Assembly: GCA_002269645.1 (NCBI GenBank)
Contig: NIVC01001994.1
Coordinates: 1 to 64,000 of the forward strand
Direction: 5' to 3'
DNA from: Macrostomum lignano
Taxonomy: Eukaryota
DNA: 64,000 nt
Shown here: positions 13,092-25,580 of the stretch, one piece after another
Numbering within the stretch: the stretch's first letter is position 1
Layout: every line of letters starts with the position of its first letter
The notes under the pieces: model-generated
Databases searched by the model: none
What the model was told of the DNA's origin: nothing
Seen by the model: the letters and a program-made list of their open reading frames with translations, nothing else
Position numbers and translations under genes: made by a program

Positions 13092-13790
13092 TTACTTTCT
13101 CCGTTCCAGAGTCCACCGGCCCCACTGATGGCTCTGCCCGGTGCCAGACAGGGTCCGGCGTCTTACCGGAGCGGAGGCGGGCACTTTTGAGTTTGCCAAC
13201 AGCGAACCGCGTCGCAGAGGGTGCACAGAAAACAGAGCTGAACTGCCGAGATCGTACACCCCGACTGGCTGAAGGATCGCTGTCTCAGTCTCTGTCGCAG
13301 ACAGCGAAGGTGACGAAGGTGCCGAGACGCCTCGACCGCCGCTGCCACCAACGCTTTGCTGCCGACCGCCGGAGGTTCGCCTCCAGCGGAGTTGCTGACA
13401 AGCCCGACTGTTCTCAGCTGTCATGGCGTCAGATCGGACGCTGTCCAAGCGAATGCTGGCCATGGCGCTGTTGAGCACTCGCTCCAGCTCGCTCATTTCA
13501 GCATCCCTGGCACCAGGCTGTTGAGTAGTTGACAAAATTTTCAGCGTTCGGTGCACCAGAGGCTGTTCCGTTGACGCCAAAGACGTCCCAGCAGCAACTT
13601 TGGCTTGGCTTTTTTGCACGGACGCCACGCTGCAACCGTCTCGAGATGCCGCGAGCGTCAGGCCACCGCTGCTGCCGCCAATTTGGTAGAATCGCTCAGT
13701 TCGACGATTGAAGCTAACGCCGATGTGGTGAGCATGACGGCTAAGGCGAGACTGATTTGCTGGGCACAGACTGACTGCGACTTCGGTACG
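13092..13790 (-). CDS. Probable terminal exon of an unrecognised Ser/Gly/Ala-rich protein
   Basis: 260-codon GC-rich ORF with the composition of the host exons and a possible acceptor near 13795. No recognised domain; upstream exons not resolved. Confidence 0.45.
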   Translation of the reverse strand, partial: RTEVAVSLCPANQSRLSRHAHHIGVSFNRRTERFYQIGGSSGGLTLAASRDGCSVASVQKSQAKVAAGTSLASTEQPLVHRTLKILSTTQQPGARDAEMSELERVLNSAMASIRLDSVRSDAMTAENSRACQQLRWRRTSGGRQQSVGGSGGRGVSAPSSPSLSATETETAILQPVGVYDLGSSALFSVHPLRRGSLLANSKVPASAPVRRRTLSGTGQSHQWGRWTLERRK

Positions 13791-14605
13791 AGGTAATCTT
13801 TTTGAATCAGGGCCGCAAAGCTCTGATAATTGAGAGTTATTGGCCATTTTAGAAATCAACTTATTTGGACACAAAAATGACGTAAAAATTCACGTAAGAC
13901 CAAGATCGTATTGCGAGAATTTGTCGCAACAAGCCGACGACGGGCGCTCCTATAAAATCGCGCAGCACTCAGCTGTCCCAGCTGTAAAAACCGTTTTTTC
14001 TCTCTTAGTAAACCAGTTGGCGGCTGCACATAAAAAAGGCAGCTGTTAGCTTCATTGGAATCACAGAGGTGAACTGAATCTCTCACTCCTGGGCTTGGCA
14101 AGAAAGGCGTATTTTATACAAAAGCCGCATCACAGTTGGGGCATGGAAGATAGAATAAAAACTTTTTTGGGAGGAAAACTCCGCTCTGTTTGTTCGTGTG
14201 TCAAGCCACGCTGTCTGTAATAATAATAAAACCAATACGCCTTCTACGGAGACGCGACGCAATGAATGAACGCCGGCACTGGGAGAGAGCAGCAGTAACG
14301 ACTATATTTAGGAAACTGAGGTCGAAGCAATAACCGTGTGTCCACTGCAATTCACTTGACTGGGAAGCAAAGGATTTGACTTTTTTCTGCTTTGAAAGAC
14401 CAGGAGGAAGGCATATACAGATACTAGAGTGAAACACTTTGTTGCAAGAGGTTTCATGACAACCAGTACGAGCTACTGCCCCCCCACCCCTGAAGGTCGG
14501 TTTAGGCCTGTACTGCAGTGTCTCTCGTACCAGCAGGAGATCTCCGCGCTGTGCATTCCAAACTGTAAATTATAACAAAGTTGCAAAACATGTCTTGAGT
14601 TTTGG

Positions 14606-14872
14606 AGTTTTGGTGCTGGCGCCCCTTGGTGCTGGCGCCCCTTGGTACTGGCGCCCCTTGGTGCTGGCGCCCCTTGGTGCTGGCGCCCCTTGGTGCTGGC
14701 GCCCCTTGGTGCTGGCGCCCCTTGGTGCTAAAGCCCCTTGGTGCTGGCGCCCCTTGGTGCTGGCGCGCCTTGGTGCTGGCGCCAGCTAAAGAGGGGGCGC
14801 TAGCTAAAGAGGGGGCGCCAGCTAAAGAGGGGGCGCCAGCTAAAGAGGGGGCGCCAGCTAATGAGGGGGCGT
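14606..14872. repeat. 16-bp array (GGCGCCCCTTGGTGCT)n followed by an 18-bp array (GGCGCCAGCTAAAGAGGG)n with an inverted core
   Basis: About 10 copies then about 5 copies. The core GCTGGCGCCCC and its reverse complement GGGGCGCCAGC face each other. Confidence 0.9.
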
Positions 14873-15626
14873 CAGTTACAGAGGCGCACAACAGCTTATA
14901 ATATCCCTGCAGACGTATGAGGTAGCTGGCATGCTAACACAGTTTACGCGACTCGAACACGAAGCCACTAAACATACTTTACAATCTGACTGCAGCATAA
15001 GCGTCAAATTTCACTTCAGAAAGGGCAAGTTAAATGCGCAGTTTGTCCCCGTGTTGAAGTCTGTAAATTGAAGAAATCTCTATCTAAGCGCAATTTCTAC
15101 CTAAGCCAGAATCGATGCGGTATTCATATTTTCGAACTTGAAGTCAGAGATTATTAAAAAAGACGACAGGTTATTAGTCAGGTCATTGACGATTCTTTTG
15201 CGAGGCTACCTATCGACATAGACGGAAAAGGCAAGCCAATTGATGAAACTGCGCTTGTGAGCTTAGGTGTCTTGTTTGCTCAGTTTTTTGTCTTGCCTTT
15301 TTCTCTTTCTCTTTTCCACGCGGTTTTAGTTCAGGTAATTAAAAGAAACCTGTTGGAAAACTCAATCTACGCCAAGCTTTTGCTGATAAGTGACTGTTGT
15401 ATGTACATGTAACATAGGCATAATGAATTATCTCTTTCGTGTGCTTGTTTGGTGCCAAATCAGAGTGCACTTACTCGTACTTTCCTGCACCACAGAGCAG
15501 CATTTCTAGCACTGGGTCTTAAAGAGTTTTTTATGTTTATCTCTAGTCAGTCCAGCTCAGTTGACTTTCGAGAGTTCGTACAAAAAATTACAGATACGAA
15601 AACCTACATCAGTTTGGCGCTAAGAG

Positions 15627-17721
15627 ATGGGCCTAATTAAGAAAGCGATTGTTGGCGCAGTGATCTCCATCGCGGTGTACCAGGTGCTGCATCATGTCCT
15701 GTACGATGCTTACGCCATGTGGCGGTACGCGCCGAACCGAGAGAACACGTCTGGCAAACGGGTTTTGATCACCGGTTCGAGTAAAGGAGTTGGCAGGGCA
15801 CTGGCCCAGTTATATTGTGAGCTCGGAGCTCATGTGATAGTGCACAGCAGAAGTTTGAAATCGCTGGAGGAGGTGAGCTTCAGCGAAGAACTGTTTCCGT
15901 TTTAGATGCATAAGATTTACAGGTGTTCTTATCTGATATGATAATATGATAATGATCTGATCTGATCTGATATTATCTGATATGATAATATGATCAATTT
16001 TATCTTTAAGCCTTCTTACACACTATCTAATCCACGATCAAAATCCTTAATTAACAATCAACAGGTGCAAGCCGAATGTCGCAAGCTGGGCGCCGGAAGC
16101 GTCTACGTCGTCACCGGGGACATGTCGGTAGTCGGTCAAGCTGACAAAGTGGTCAACTGGGCCGCGAAAGCCATGGGCGGTCTTGACATCGTAATCGTCA
16201 ACCACGTCAGCACGTACGTCTTCGAGACGCTTCACTCGGTGGTGTCGCGCCTACGGTCGGGTGAACTGCAGAAATCTATGCAGGTGGATTTGTTCAGCTA
16301 CGCTGAGACTGCTCTAGCTGCCATCCCTATCTTGGAGAGGACATCCGGCAGCCTTGTGCTGGTGTCCAGCGTGGCTGGCAGAATGCCTGTGCCCTACTTT
16401 TTCCAGTACGCGTCGGCAAAGGCTTCGCTGGAAGGCTTCTCCAAAAGTCTGAGACAAGAGCTGGCCATCAACGGGTCCAATGTGCACTGCGGTGTCGCCA
16501 TCCTCGGAGCCATCGACACGCAGTCTGCTCACGATCTGCTGCCGTGAGTCACTTCGCGGCAGGAGGAACAGTTTCCGTCAGGTCACAAAGTGCACTTTGT
16601 ACTCTATAAATGCAGAGACATCCCTGTAATCGCGTGTTCACTATTCACTTTCTTAACTTCCGAATTCGGGTCAGTTATATCTTCGATCCGAATACAGCTG
16701 GGTGGATGAATGAACAGTAAATGAGAGAGCACAGAGGGTGAGAGAGCACAGAGGGTGAGAGAGCACAGAGGGTGAGAGAGCACAGGGGGTGAGAGAGCAC
16801 AGAGGGTGAGAGAGCACAGAGGATGAGAGAGCACAGGGTGAGAGTGCACAGAGGGTGAGAGAGCAGGGGGTGAGAGAGCACAGAGGGTGAGAGTGCACAG
16901 AGGGTGAGAGTGCACAGAGGGTGAGAGAGCAGGGGTGAGAGAGCACAGAGGGTGAGAGTGCACAGGGGGTGAGAGTGCACAGAGGGTGAGAGAGCAGGGG
17001 GTGAGAGAGCACAGAGGGTGAGAGTGCACAGAGGGTGAGAGAGCAGGGGTGAGAGAGCTCAGAGGGTGAGAGAGCACAGAGGATGAGAGAGCACAGGGGG
17101 TGAGAGAGCACAGATGGTGAGAGAGCAACGAGGGTGAGAGAGCACAGAGGGTGAGAGAGCACAGAGGATGAGAGTGCACAGGGGGTGAGAGAGCACAGAT
17201 GGTGAGAGAGCAACGAGGGTGAGAGTGCACAGATGGTGAGAGAGCAACGAGGGTGAGAGAGCACAGAGGGTGAGAGAGCACAAAGGGTGAGAGAGCAACG
17301 AGGATGAGAGGGCACAGAGGATGAGATCGCAGAGGGTCTTCCACAAACCCAACTGTACTCGTCGTGTTCACCAGTAGACCATATTTCGTGGCCATCTTGC
17401 GTACGATATACTCGTACTAGTTAATGAGATGATCTCAAGGTAACTAACTGTTTAATGGCGAATGAGTATTTTTGTAAAGACTACTACACAAGCCGTCACA
17501 GTATAATATAATATATATCCCTGATTTTCTACAGAAAAGTCTTCTCTGGCCCGATCGACTACGCGCCTGTCAGACAGACTGCCGTCGGTATCGCCTCTGT
17601 GCCGGTCGGTCGCATCAACCAGCTGGTCACCCCGCCGGCGCTGAAAGCCGCCCTGCTGTTGGCGAGCTTGATGCCAGAGAAGACCGAAGAGCAGATCTGG
17701 CAGGGTGCCAAGCGCCTCTGA
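15627..17721 (+). CDS. HSD11B1-like: Classical short-chain dehydrogenase/reductase, 11beta-hydroxysteroid dehydrogenase 1-like; exons 15627-15872, 16065-16543, 17535-17721 (303 aa)
   Basis: N-terminal hydrophobic anchor, TGSSKGVG Rossmann motif, LDIVIVNH (NH in place of NAG, typical of 11b-HSD1), VSSVAG, catalytic YASAK and LGAIDT. Phases are consistent. Confidence 0.88.
16722..17335. repeat. 17-bp minisatellite (AGAGAGCACAGAGGGTG)n in SDR intron 2
   Basis: About 36 degenerate copies; explains the CSLTLCALSP ORFs. Confidence 0.97.
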
Positions 17722-19428
17722 GCAATCAGTCCTGATACGCTCGTACATGAGATTAAAAGCGTTTATTGATTTTAGAAACTATGAAAGAAACTTGCTTTGC
17801 TATTACAACACTTTCCAATTTTTAATAAATCTGTTACAGACGTACACTAAATGGCTGCTCTAAAAGCTTCTCATTTCAAACCAACATCTATAGGTGAAGA
17901 TACAGAGGAGCAAACAGTCCGGGAACTTTGCGACACTCCTCGTGGTAAAAAATTTTGTTCCATTGTATTCGGAAACGCTGCTTATCGTTTTATTTATTTT
18001 TCACAGCGAGTATCCCTTAGCCCTGAGCCCGAACAGTCAGATACGTCACAGATACGAGAAGTCACAGATAGTAAAATAACTATAAGTATGTCACTCGAAA
18101 TAAAAATTTTGAAAAAGACTAGAGCATCTACTCTTTTTCAGTAGTTTGTCTGCGCAGTGTCACTTAAATTTATTGTAGCAGTTAAAATTTTCCTTCCTAC
18201 CTTGGGTTTGCGGCCTCAGGAGAATGGTTAAGAATGGCAATAAGCGTTTAACTCGATGTACACAAATGAAAGCAAGACATACAAGACAAGACGAAAGTCA
18301 GTCTAGGAGGGGCAGAGATGCTATTTATAGCTCTGCTTGTAGAAAGGCGAAGACGAATTTTTTCAGCTTCAATATTTTAATTTCACCATTATAGAGGCAA
18401 AAGCGCTAATTTTACTACTGAAAAAAGAGTAGATAAGCGCATTTTTTGCAAAGGGAAAATCCAGTTATTCTAGTATCTGTGGATTAGGCTTGTTGAGTAA
18501 ACTGCTCAAGAATTTGGATTCGAATCGGCCACGACGAGATTATTTTCTCCCTCTAGGGAGAGGGTCGTGTATCGGAGCAGATGTGGGGCTGCTGGGGGGC
18601 GGCCTTGACTCAGTCAGCTTATCTGTACGAACCAATGGTGATTTTTGGTGTTGTGCAGCAGGAAGTTCCTTGTAAAGTTTTAGTACAGGATTAGCAGTCC
18701 TCAGAAGGCGCGAGTCTCAGACTTCTACTATTTCAGATATATTCTGTACATCAGGATCTGCGCAAATTGCATTTATCTAGACAAGCATGTACGCACTTCT
18801 GACGTCTGACGAGACTCTCATGCCTACACATAGTCAGCTGTTAAAATTGTCTGCGGTGAACCATCTGGTGTGAATTATAAAGTCCAAGTACCTCAATTCG
18901 GTAAAGCTACTCGTAATAGCTAGTCTACCAGCTTTAAGTATGAACTTTAGGCGGGAAAGAAAAACTAATCTGGCTCGATAAAGCCAACGATCAATAGACA
19001 AAGTGCTAAAATTTTAAGTCCAAACTTTCACACACGCTCCGTGTGGACACCACGCACCCAGTGAGTGATTTATGTACTAGTTTTATGCTTGAACTTCTCA
19101 ATTTCTCTCAAAAGATAATATTTAAATAACGGTATAACACACACTGGGGGGGGGGTTGAGGGTCAATGATTCTTACAGCTATGCGCATGCTAAAGTGGGT
19201 TAAAAACTAGGTGGACGCAAAACTTTTAGGCAAACAGGTACGTCCCCGAAAAAAAAACAAATTAACAAAACTCTCTGAATCATTTATAAAAATTAGAATC
19301 GTTCCAATTTCCAGCAGGTGCAATGATTTTTTTGATCAGGCATTTGATCAGAACTTTTATCAGAATAGATCAGTTAAACCAAGTCACAATACAAGTTAAT
19401 ATTGATAAATCAACAGTTGAGCTTAAAA

Positions 19429-22400
19429 TCAGCTTTGAGCCACGGACTCTTCACCGATGAAGCCCGAGTTGCTCTGGCCGCCGCCGATGACGAAGTTTTG
19501 TCCATCGCTGCGCTTTGTGACGCTTCCGTTGTCCTCTTGGTCCCGCGTTTCCGGGTCGCTTCCGGAATTATCGACATTCGACCCTTCCTCAGTCGCCTCT
19601 ATGGGACTGGCTTCGTCCCCTGGCGTTCGCTTCTCATCCAGCGACATTGACTTCATCCCGATGTCGCCGGCTTCGGCGTCGACAGTGCTGCTGACGTCAC
19701 CGACGCGGTTGGATTGGCGCATCCAGCTGGGTCGGATGTGGTACGCGATTACGTTGCAGATCACCAGCAGAATTATCAGTGCGATCCACTGCGAGACAGG
19801 ATGTAGGAGTTTGGCTATTATACATACGGTAACAATAACAGCATCATCAGCATCACTGAAAATAACAAAAGCGCGACAACAACAGGAACAGAGAATATGA
19901 TGGTGCTTCATAATTCCGATGGATCCTGACCAAGTCTATAGAGCGGAGTCACATCACAAACTCGAAAAATCACATCGTCGAAAAGTTTAGCAACAACCAT
20001 CACAAGCTCGAAAAGGGTTAGGGTTAGGGTTGGAGCTTGTGCCTTTTCGAGCTTGCGATGGTGGTTGCTAAACTTTTCGACGATGTGATTTTTCGAGTTT
20101 GTGATGGTGACCCCATAGAGCGACCCATGGAGGTCCTTCTCTGGGTCCCTATCTAGGGTCGCAAAAACATAAAAACAACAGCAAAAACAACAGAAACACA
20201 CAAGCAAGCAATAGCATTATTATTGACAGTAAAACAAAATAATCCAATTTGTCGGAAAAAATGACATGCGCTTTGAAACTTACCGTAACAAAGCAGGTCA
20301 TCAGCGTTTCCAGTCCGAAGTCGTACCAGCGCGATCCCGGGTCATTGTCCGCTGTGGCGGATATCTCGTCATAAATCCACCAGATTAGCAGGGCGATCGC
20401 TTCGATTGGAGCAACGATGCTGAAAAATTTTTAAATCGATTTTTCAGCATCCCAGATTTCTATTGAAGATGATTTGTGTTTGCTACGTTAACCAGATTTT
20501 CAGAGCTGTTAAAGTTGATCAAAGAATAGAAACTCAACTTGTCTTGGTCGACATTCAAAAAATCGATTCAGGTAATTCTGGTAACCGTTAAGAGGCTTCC
20601 TATGCAGTATAGGCCAAGACTCTCATTCATAAACTCACAGAATAATCACCATGGTGACGTTCGTCAGCGGCCAGTCACCGATTCCGTACTTGTTAACCAT
20701 GTCCTCTTTGAACGTATTCCAGCCTACTTTGAAGACCAGCGCTTGAAACATCAGGCCGGACGGAAGCAGAGCGAAGCCCCAGATGAAATCCTGTACGGTT
20801 TTTGGAGATGTTTAAATAAGTATGATAAAATGCATACTTTCCAGGCCAATTGAGCCTGGGAGCAAGCACTTTACTTGTAATTCTTACTGGGAGAATCAAG
20901 CCTAGTGGGGGGGGGTCTACGAATATGAAGTAACCAATTCGAGAAATGCTTATATTATATAAATTTTAACCTGATTGTCCAACACTTGAATGCTGAGTGC
21001 GGAGGGCAGCCCAATAGAGAACATGAGCAGTCCGCACACCGGGGTCGCCAGGCGTCTGGAAACTGCGACAACGGTTGACAGTGCAATTATCATCATTATC
21101 ACCATCATTTTTCTTTTATATTTAGATCAGCATGTCTTCTCAACCATCTCTGTAACATTTAACAGCAGTTGGTTTTCACTTACGCCCAAAGTTGCACAGC
21201 GTCTGCGATGTGTGCTCAACATCCGCAATGACTGTGCTGAGTCCGGCAAAGCACAGGCACAGAAAGAACATGATGCACAATAATTTGCCAACGACCCCCA
21301 GGCTGCCGAACAGGATGGGAATCCACACGAAGGTGAGTCCGGTGGATGCTGGCCCAGTGGTTTTAATGATCTCAACGATACCGGTGCGGGACAAGCTCGG
21401 GTTGCTGTTAACCAGGGTGGAGAACACTGTGCCGAATATTGTGATGGCGCAGATGAGGCTGCATTATGAGTTGTTGGGGATTTTAATATTAGTAAATGCT
21501 TGCTTCTGGATAAAATTTGGTCAGTGTTTTAGCAATATTACTTTAATTCTCCATGTGATATCTTGTCGGCTTACCTGACAAGATTGTTCATAAGAGGAAT
21601 CATTGTGGCAAATTTCACAACGCCATTTTTGGCGCTCATGTACGTGGCGTACGGGACAATCAGACCCATGGCAGCGCCCGTGTCGAAAGCATTCTGCGTT
21701 AGCGCGTCCACCCACAGTTTTGCGTTTGACAACGATTCTGTAGTGGTGTTGGAAGAAATCTCTGGTACTTTTAAAATTGCATACATAGAGGCCCAGCAAG
21801 GTTTGCAGAATGCAGCGAGTGACGCGAGTGAAATCTTTCCAACATAAACTTCTCTGCTGTCTTCTCACGGGACACCCGCTTGAAATTTAATCAGCGAAAA
21901 CGCGTACCCCAGGGGATCATGGGGGCCGCCCTCCCACGCGAATAGGCTGGCATATATTATGGCAGGGGCACGTTTGGCCACACTGCTATCAATTTAAGCA
22001 GATCCCCAGCAACTACTTTAGTGCCCCTTGGTGCTGGCGCCCCTTGGTGCTGGCACATCTTGGTGCTAGCGCCCCTTGGTGCTAAAGCCCCTTGGTGCTA
22101 AAGCCCCTTGGTGCTAAAGCCCCTTGGTGCTAAAGCCCCTTGGTGCTGGCGCCCCTTGGTGCTGGCACATCTTGGTGCTAGCGCCCCTTGGTGCTAAAGC
22201 CCCTTGGTGCTAAAGCCCCTTGGTGCTAAAGCCCCTTGGTGCTAAAGCCCCTTGGTGCTAAAGCCCCTTGGTGCTAAAGCCCCTTGGTGCTAAAGCCCCT
22301 TGGTGCTAAAGCCCCTTGGTGCTAAAGCCCCTTGGTGCTAAAGCCCCTTGGTGCTAAAGCCCCTTGGTGCTAAAGCCCCTTGGTGCTAAAGCCCCTTGGT

Positions 22401-25400
22401 GCTAAAGCCCCTTGGTGCTAAAGCCCCTTGGTGCTAAAGCCCCTTGGTGCTAAAGCCCCTTGGTGCTAAAGCCCCTTGGTGCTAAAGCCCCTTGGTGCTA
22501 AAGCCCCTTGGTGCTAAAGCCCCTTGGTGCTAAAGCCCCTTGGTGCTAAAGCCCCTTGGTGCTAAAGCCCCTTGGTGCTAAAGCCCCTTGGTGCTAAAGC
22601 CCCTTGGTGCTAAAGCCCCTTGGTGCTAAAGCCCCTTGGTGCTAAAGCCCCTTGGTGCTAAAGCCCCTTGGTGCTAAAGCCCCTTGGTGCTAAAGCCCCT
22701 TGGTGCTAAAGCCCCTTGGTGCTAAAGCCCCTTGGTGCTAAAGCCCCTTGGTGCTAAAGCCCCTTGGTGCTAAAGCCCCTTGGTGCTAAAGCCCCTTGGT
22801 GCTAAAGCCCCTTGGTGCTAAAGCCCCTTGGTGCTAAAGCCCCTTGGTGCTAAAGCCCCTTGGTGCTAAAGCCCCTTGGTGCTAAAGCCCCTTGGTGCTA
22901 AAGCCCCTTGGTGCTAAAGCCCCTTGGTGCTAAAGCCCCTTGGTGCTAAAGCCCCTTGGTGCTAAAGCCCCTTGGTGCTAAAGCCCCTTGGTGCTAAAGC
23001 CCCTTGGTGCTAAAGCCCCTTGGTGCTAAAGCCCCTTGGTGCTAAAGCCCCTTGGTGCTAAAGCCCCTTGGTGCTAAAGCCCCTTGGTGCTGGCGCCCCT
23101 TGGTGCTAAAGCCCCTTGGTGCTTTGGTGCTAAAGCCCCATGGTGCTAAAGCCCTTTGGTGCTAAAGCCCCTTGGTGCTAATGCTAAAGCCCCTTGGTGC
23201 TAAAGCCCCTTGGTGCTTTGGTGCTAAAACCCCTTGGTGCAAAACACAACAGATAAAAAACTGTCTCTGCAATTACATGTACGTTTCTGAATTCTGAGTC
23301 AATGTTATCATTTGCATTCCAGTATTATGAACTTACCTACATCCGGGGTGAACAGAAACCGGATGCCGTAGTCGCCAAACGGCTGCAGCACCGACCAGGT
23401 GTACGTCACCACAATGATCACTAGCAGGGTGGGCACCAGCACCAAGTTTACCTTCTCGATCCACGTGATGCCGCCAATGACGCAGGCCCCAGCCAAAAAG
23501 ATTGCTAAGCCATGGAACAGCGCTGGCCAGGCTGAGTTCTGGTAGGCAACGAAATCGATATTGATTTTGAGTACGAGTAGCATAAGTCGTATTAAGAACT
23601 GTCTGAACTCTGTGTCCACACGCCTATCTGCCTCACCGTGAGATTATCGAAAATCAATGCGCTCTCCTCTTCAGTCTGCGGTAGTTCGCTTACAATGCAG
23701 AGGCGGATCATCTCGTACAGGTAGTACAAGCACCAACCTAGGATGACCGCGTAATAGCAGCTGCAGTGTTGAAGAGTTGGGGCTATCGATCGTTAGTTAC
23801 GTTTTGTTACATATTGCTACGTTACATATTGCTACAGGTAAATGAATATGAATGAATTGCCAATCTAGCCTACATCAATGGATGAAGGAACACAATGGAT
23901 TGCTAATCTAGCCAACATCATGAATGAAGGAATAGAATGGATTGCTAATCTAGCCAGCTTCATGGATGAAGGAATAGAATGGATTGCTAATCTAGCTAAA
24001 AACGTCAATGGATGAAGGAATAGAATGGATTGCTAATCTAGCCAACATCATGAATGAAGGAATAGAATGGATTGCTAATCTAGCCAACGTCATGGATGAA
24101 GGAATAGAATGGATTGCTAATCTAGCCAACATCATGAATGAAGGAATAGAATGGATTGCTAATCTAGCCAGCTTCATGGATGAAGGAATAGAATGGATTG
24201 CTAATCTAGCTAAAAACGTCAATGGATGAAGGAATAGAATGGATTGCTAATCTAGCCTACATCAATGGATGAAGGAACAGAATGGATTGCTAATCTAGCC
24301 AACATCATGAATGAAGGAATAGAATGGATTGCTAATCTAGCCAGCTTCATGGATGAAGGAATAGAATGGATTGCTAATCTAGCCAAAGATCATCGATGAA
24401 GGAATAGAATGGATTGCTAATCTAGCTAAAAACGTCAATGGATGAAGGAATAGAATGGATCATCGATCATCGATAAAGGAATAGAATGGATTGCTAATCT
24501 AGCCAAAATCATGGATGAGGAAATAAAATGGATTGCTAATCTAGCCAAAATCATGGATGAAAGAATAGAATGGATTGCTAATCTAGCCAAAATCATGGAT
24601 GAGGAAATAAAATGGATTGCTAATCTAGCTAAAAACGTCAATGGATGAAGGAATAGAATGGATTGCTAATCTAGCTAAAAACGTCAATGGATGAAGGAAT
24701 AGAATGGATTGCTAATCTAGCTAAAAACGTCAATGGATGAAGGAACAGAATGGATTGCTAATCTAGCTAAAAACGTCAATGGATGAAGGAATAGAATGGA
24801 TTGCTAATCTAGCTAAAAACGTCAATGGATGAAGGAATAGAATGGATTGCTAATCTAGCCAAAGATCATCGATGAAGGAATAGAATGGATTGCTAATCTA
24901 GCCAAAATCATGGATGAGGAAATAAAATGGATTGCTAATCTAGCCAAAATCATGGATGAAAGAATAGAATGGATTGCTAATCTAGCCAAAATCATGGATG
25001 AGGAAATAAAATGGATTGCTAATCTAGCCAAAATCATGGATAAAAGAATAGAATGGATTGCTAATCTAGCCATCGACATCGTGGATTTAAAATCGATTCT
25101 TATTGTTGTTGTAGGCCTATGGAAGTAATTATTAACTTAGTAAGCTAATAAATTACTGGTAATGCAATAGGTTGCCAGATTTTCAAATGAAATCATGCCC
25201 ATATAAACTTGCCTGATGAAGAAGGTAACTGACGACACCCAGCCTCCGCACCAAATGAATTTGTCGCCCATGGCCCGTTGAAAACTTTGAATTGGAGTTT
25301 TTTTATAATACCGACCGATGACGTACTCAATGAGCAGCATTGGACTGGACCAGATGAAGAGAAACAGCATCCAGGTAATCAAGAAGATCAGCGTCCCTTG

Positions 25401-25523
25401 GCTAGCGCTGTTCTGGGCTGCTATTCTCGGAAATCGCCACACATTGCCTGTGCCAACCACCGTGCCCATGCACGAGAACACGATACCAAGAGTGGAGCTG
25501 AATTCCTTCTTCTCTTCGGACAT
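19429..25523 (-). CDS. SLC6-like: SLC6/NSS (SNF) family Na+-dependent transporter, prokaryote-like type; exons 25523-25213, 23760-23637, 23538-23337, 21737-21575, 21458-21184, 21062-20971, 20790-20639, 20419-20284, 19788-19429 (604 aa)
   Basis: Motifs VVGTGNVWRFP, PMLLIEYVIGR, YYAVILGWCLYY, GITWIEK, LWVDALTQNAFDTG, GLTFVWIP, FAGLST, GLPSAL and WIYDE. Exon lengths sum to 1815 nt with all phases matching. Intron 1 has a GC donor. Confidence 0.93.
19945..20114. mobile_element. Palindromic MITE (~170 bp) with a 7-8 bp TSD and a (TTAGGG)-like core, in SLC6 intron 8
   Basis: About 70-bp inverted arms, termini GGAGTCAC / GTGACCCC, direct repeat ATAGAGC(G) at 19938 and 20115, centre AGGGTTAGGGTTAGGGTT. 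Confidence 0.8.
22023..23240. repeat. 16-bp minisatellite (GCCCCTTGGTGCTAAA)n, ~1.2 kb, in SLC6 intron 3
   Basis: About 75 near-perfect copies; same family as the array at 14606. Confidence 0.99.
23851..25080. repeat. 42-45-bp minisatellite (GATGAAGGAATAGAATGGATTGCTAATCTAGCCAACATCATG)n, locus 1, in SLC6 intron 1
   Basis: About 28 copies; the same unit occurs at 42673-43220 and 49339-53425 in the opposite orientation. Confidence 0.98.
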
Positions 25524-25580
25524 TTTGAAGGCGTCCTGCGGTTACAGGCGGCATCTTATGGTGCTGTATAGTCATAGATA

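Noticed and set aside
18500-19010. Minus-strand frame with few stops (…RWFTADNFNS*…), possibly a decayed transposase or RT
   Set aside because: Several stops and no motif strong enough to assign; needs TBLASTX or HMM against Dfam.
20014-20031. Interstitial telomeric repeat
   Set aside because: Only ~3 units, and it is the loop of a MITE, not a chromosome-fusion relic.
22023-23240. CRISPR-like array (also considered for the 42-bp and 151-bp repeats)
   Set aside because: No unique spacers between repeats, no cas genes, and a eukaryotic intron context.
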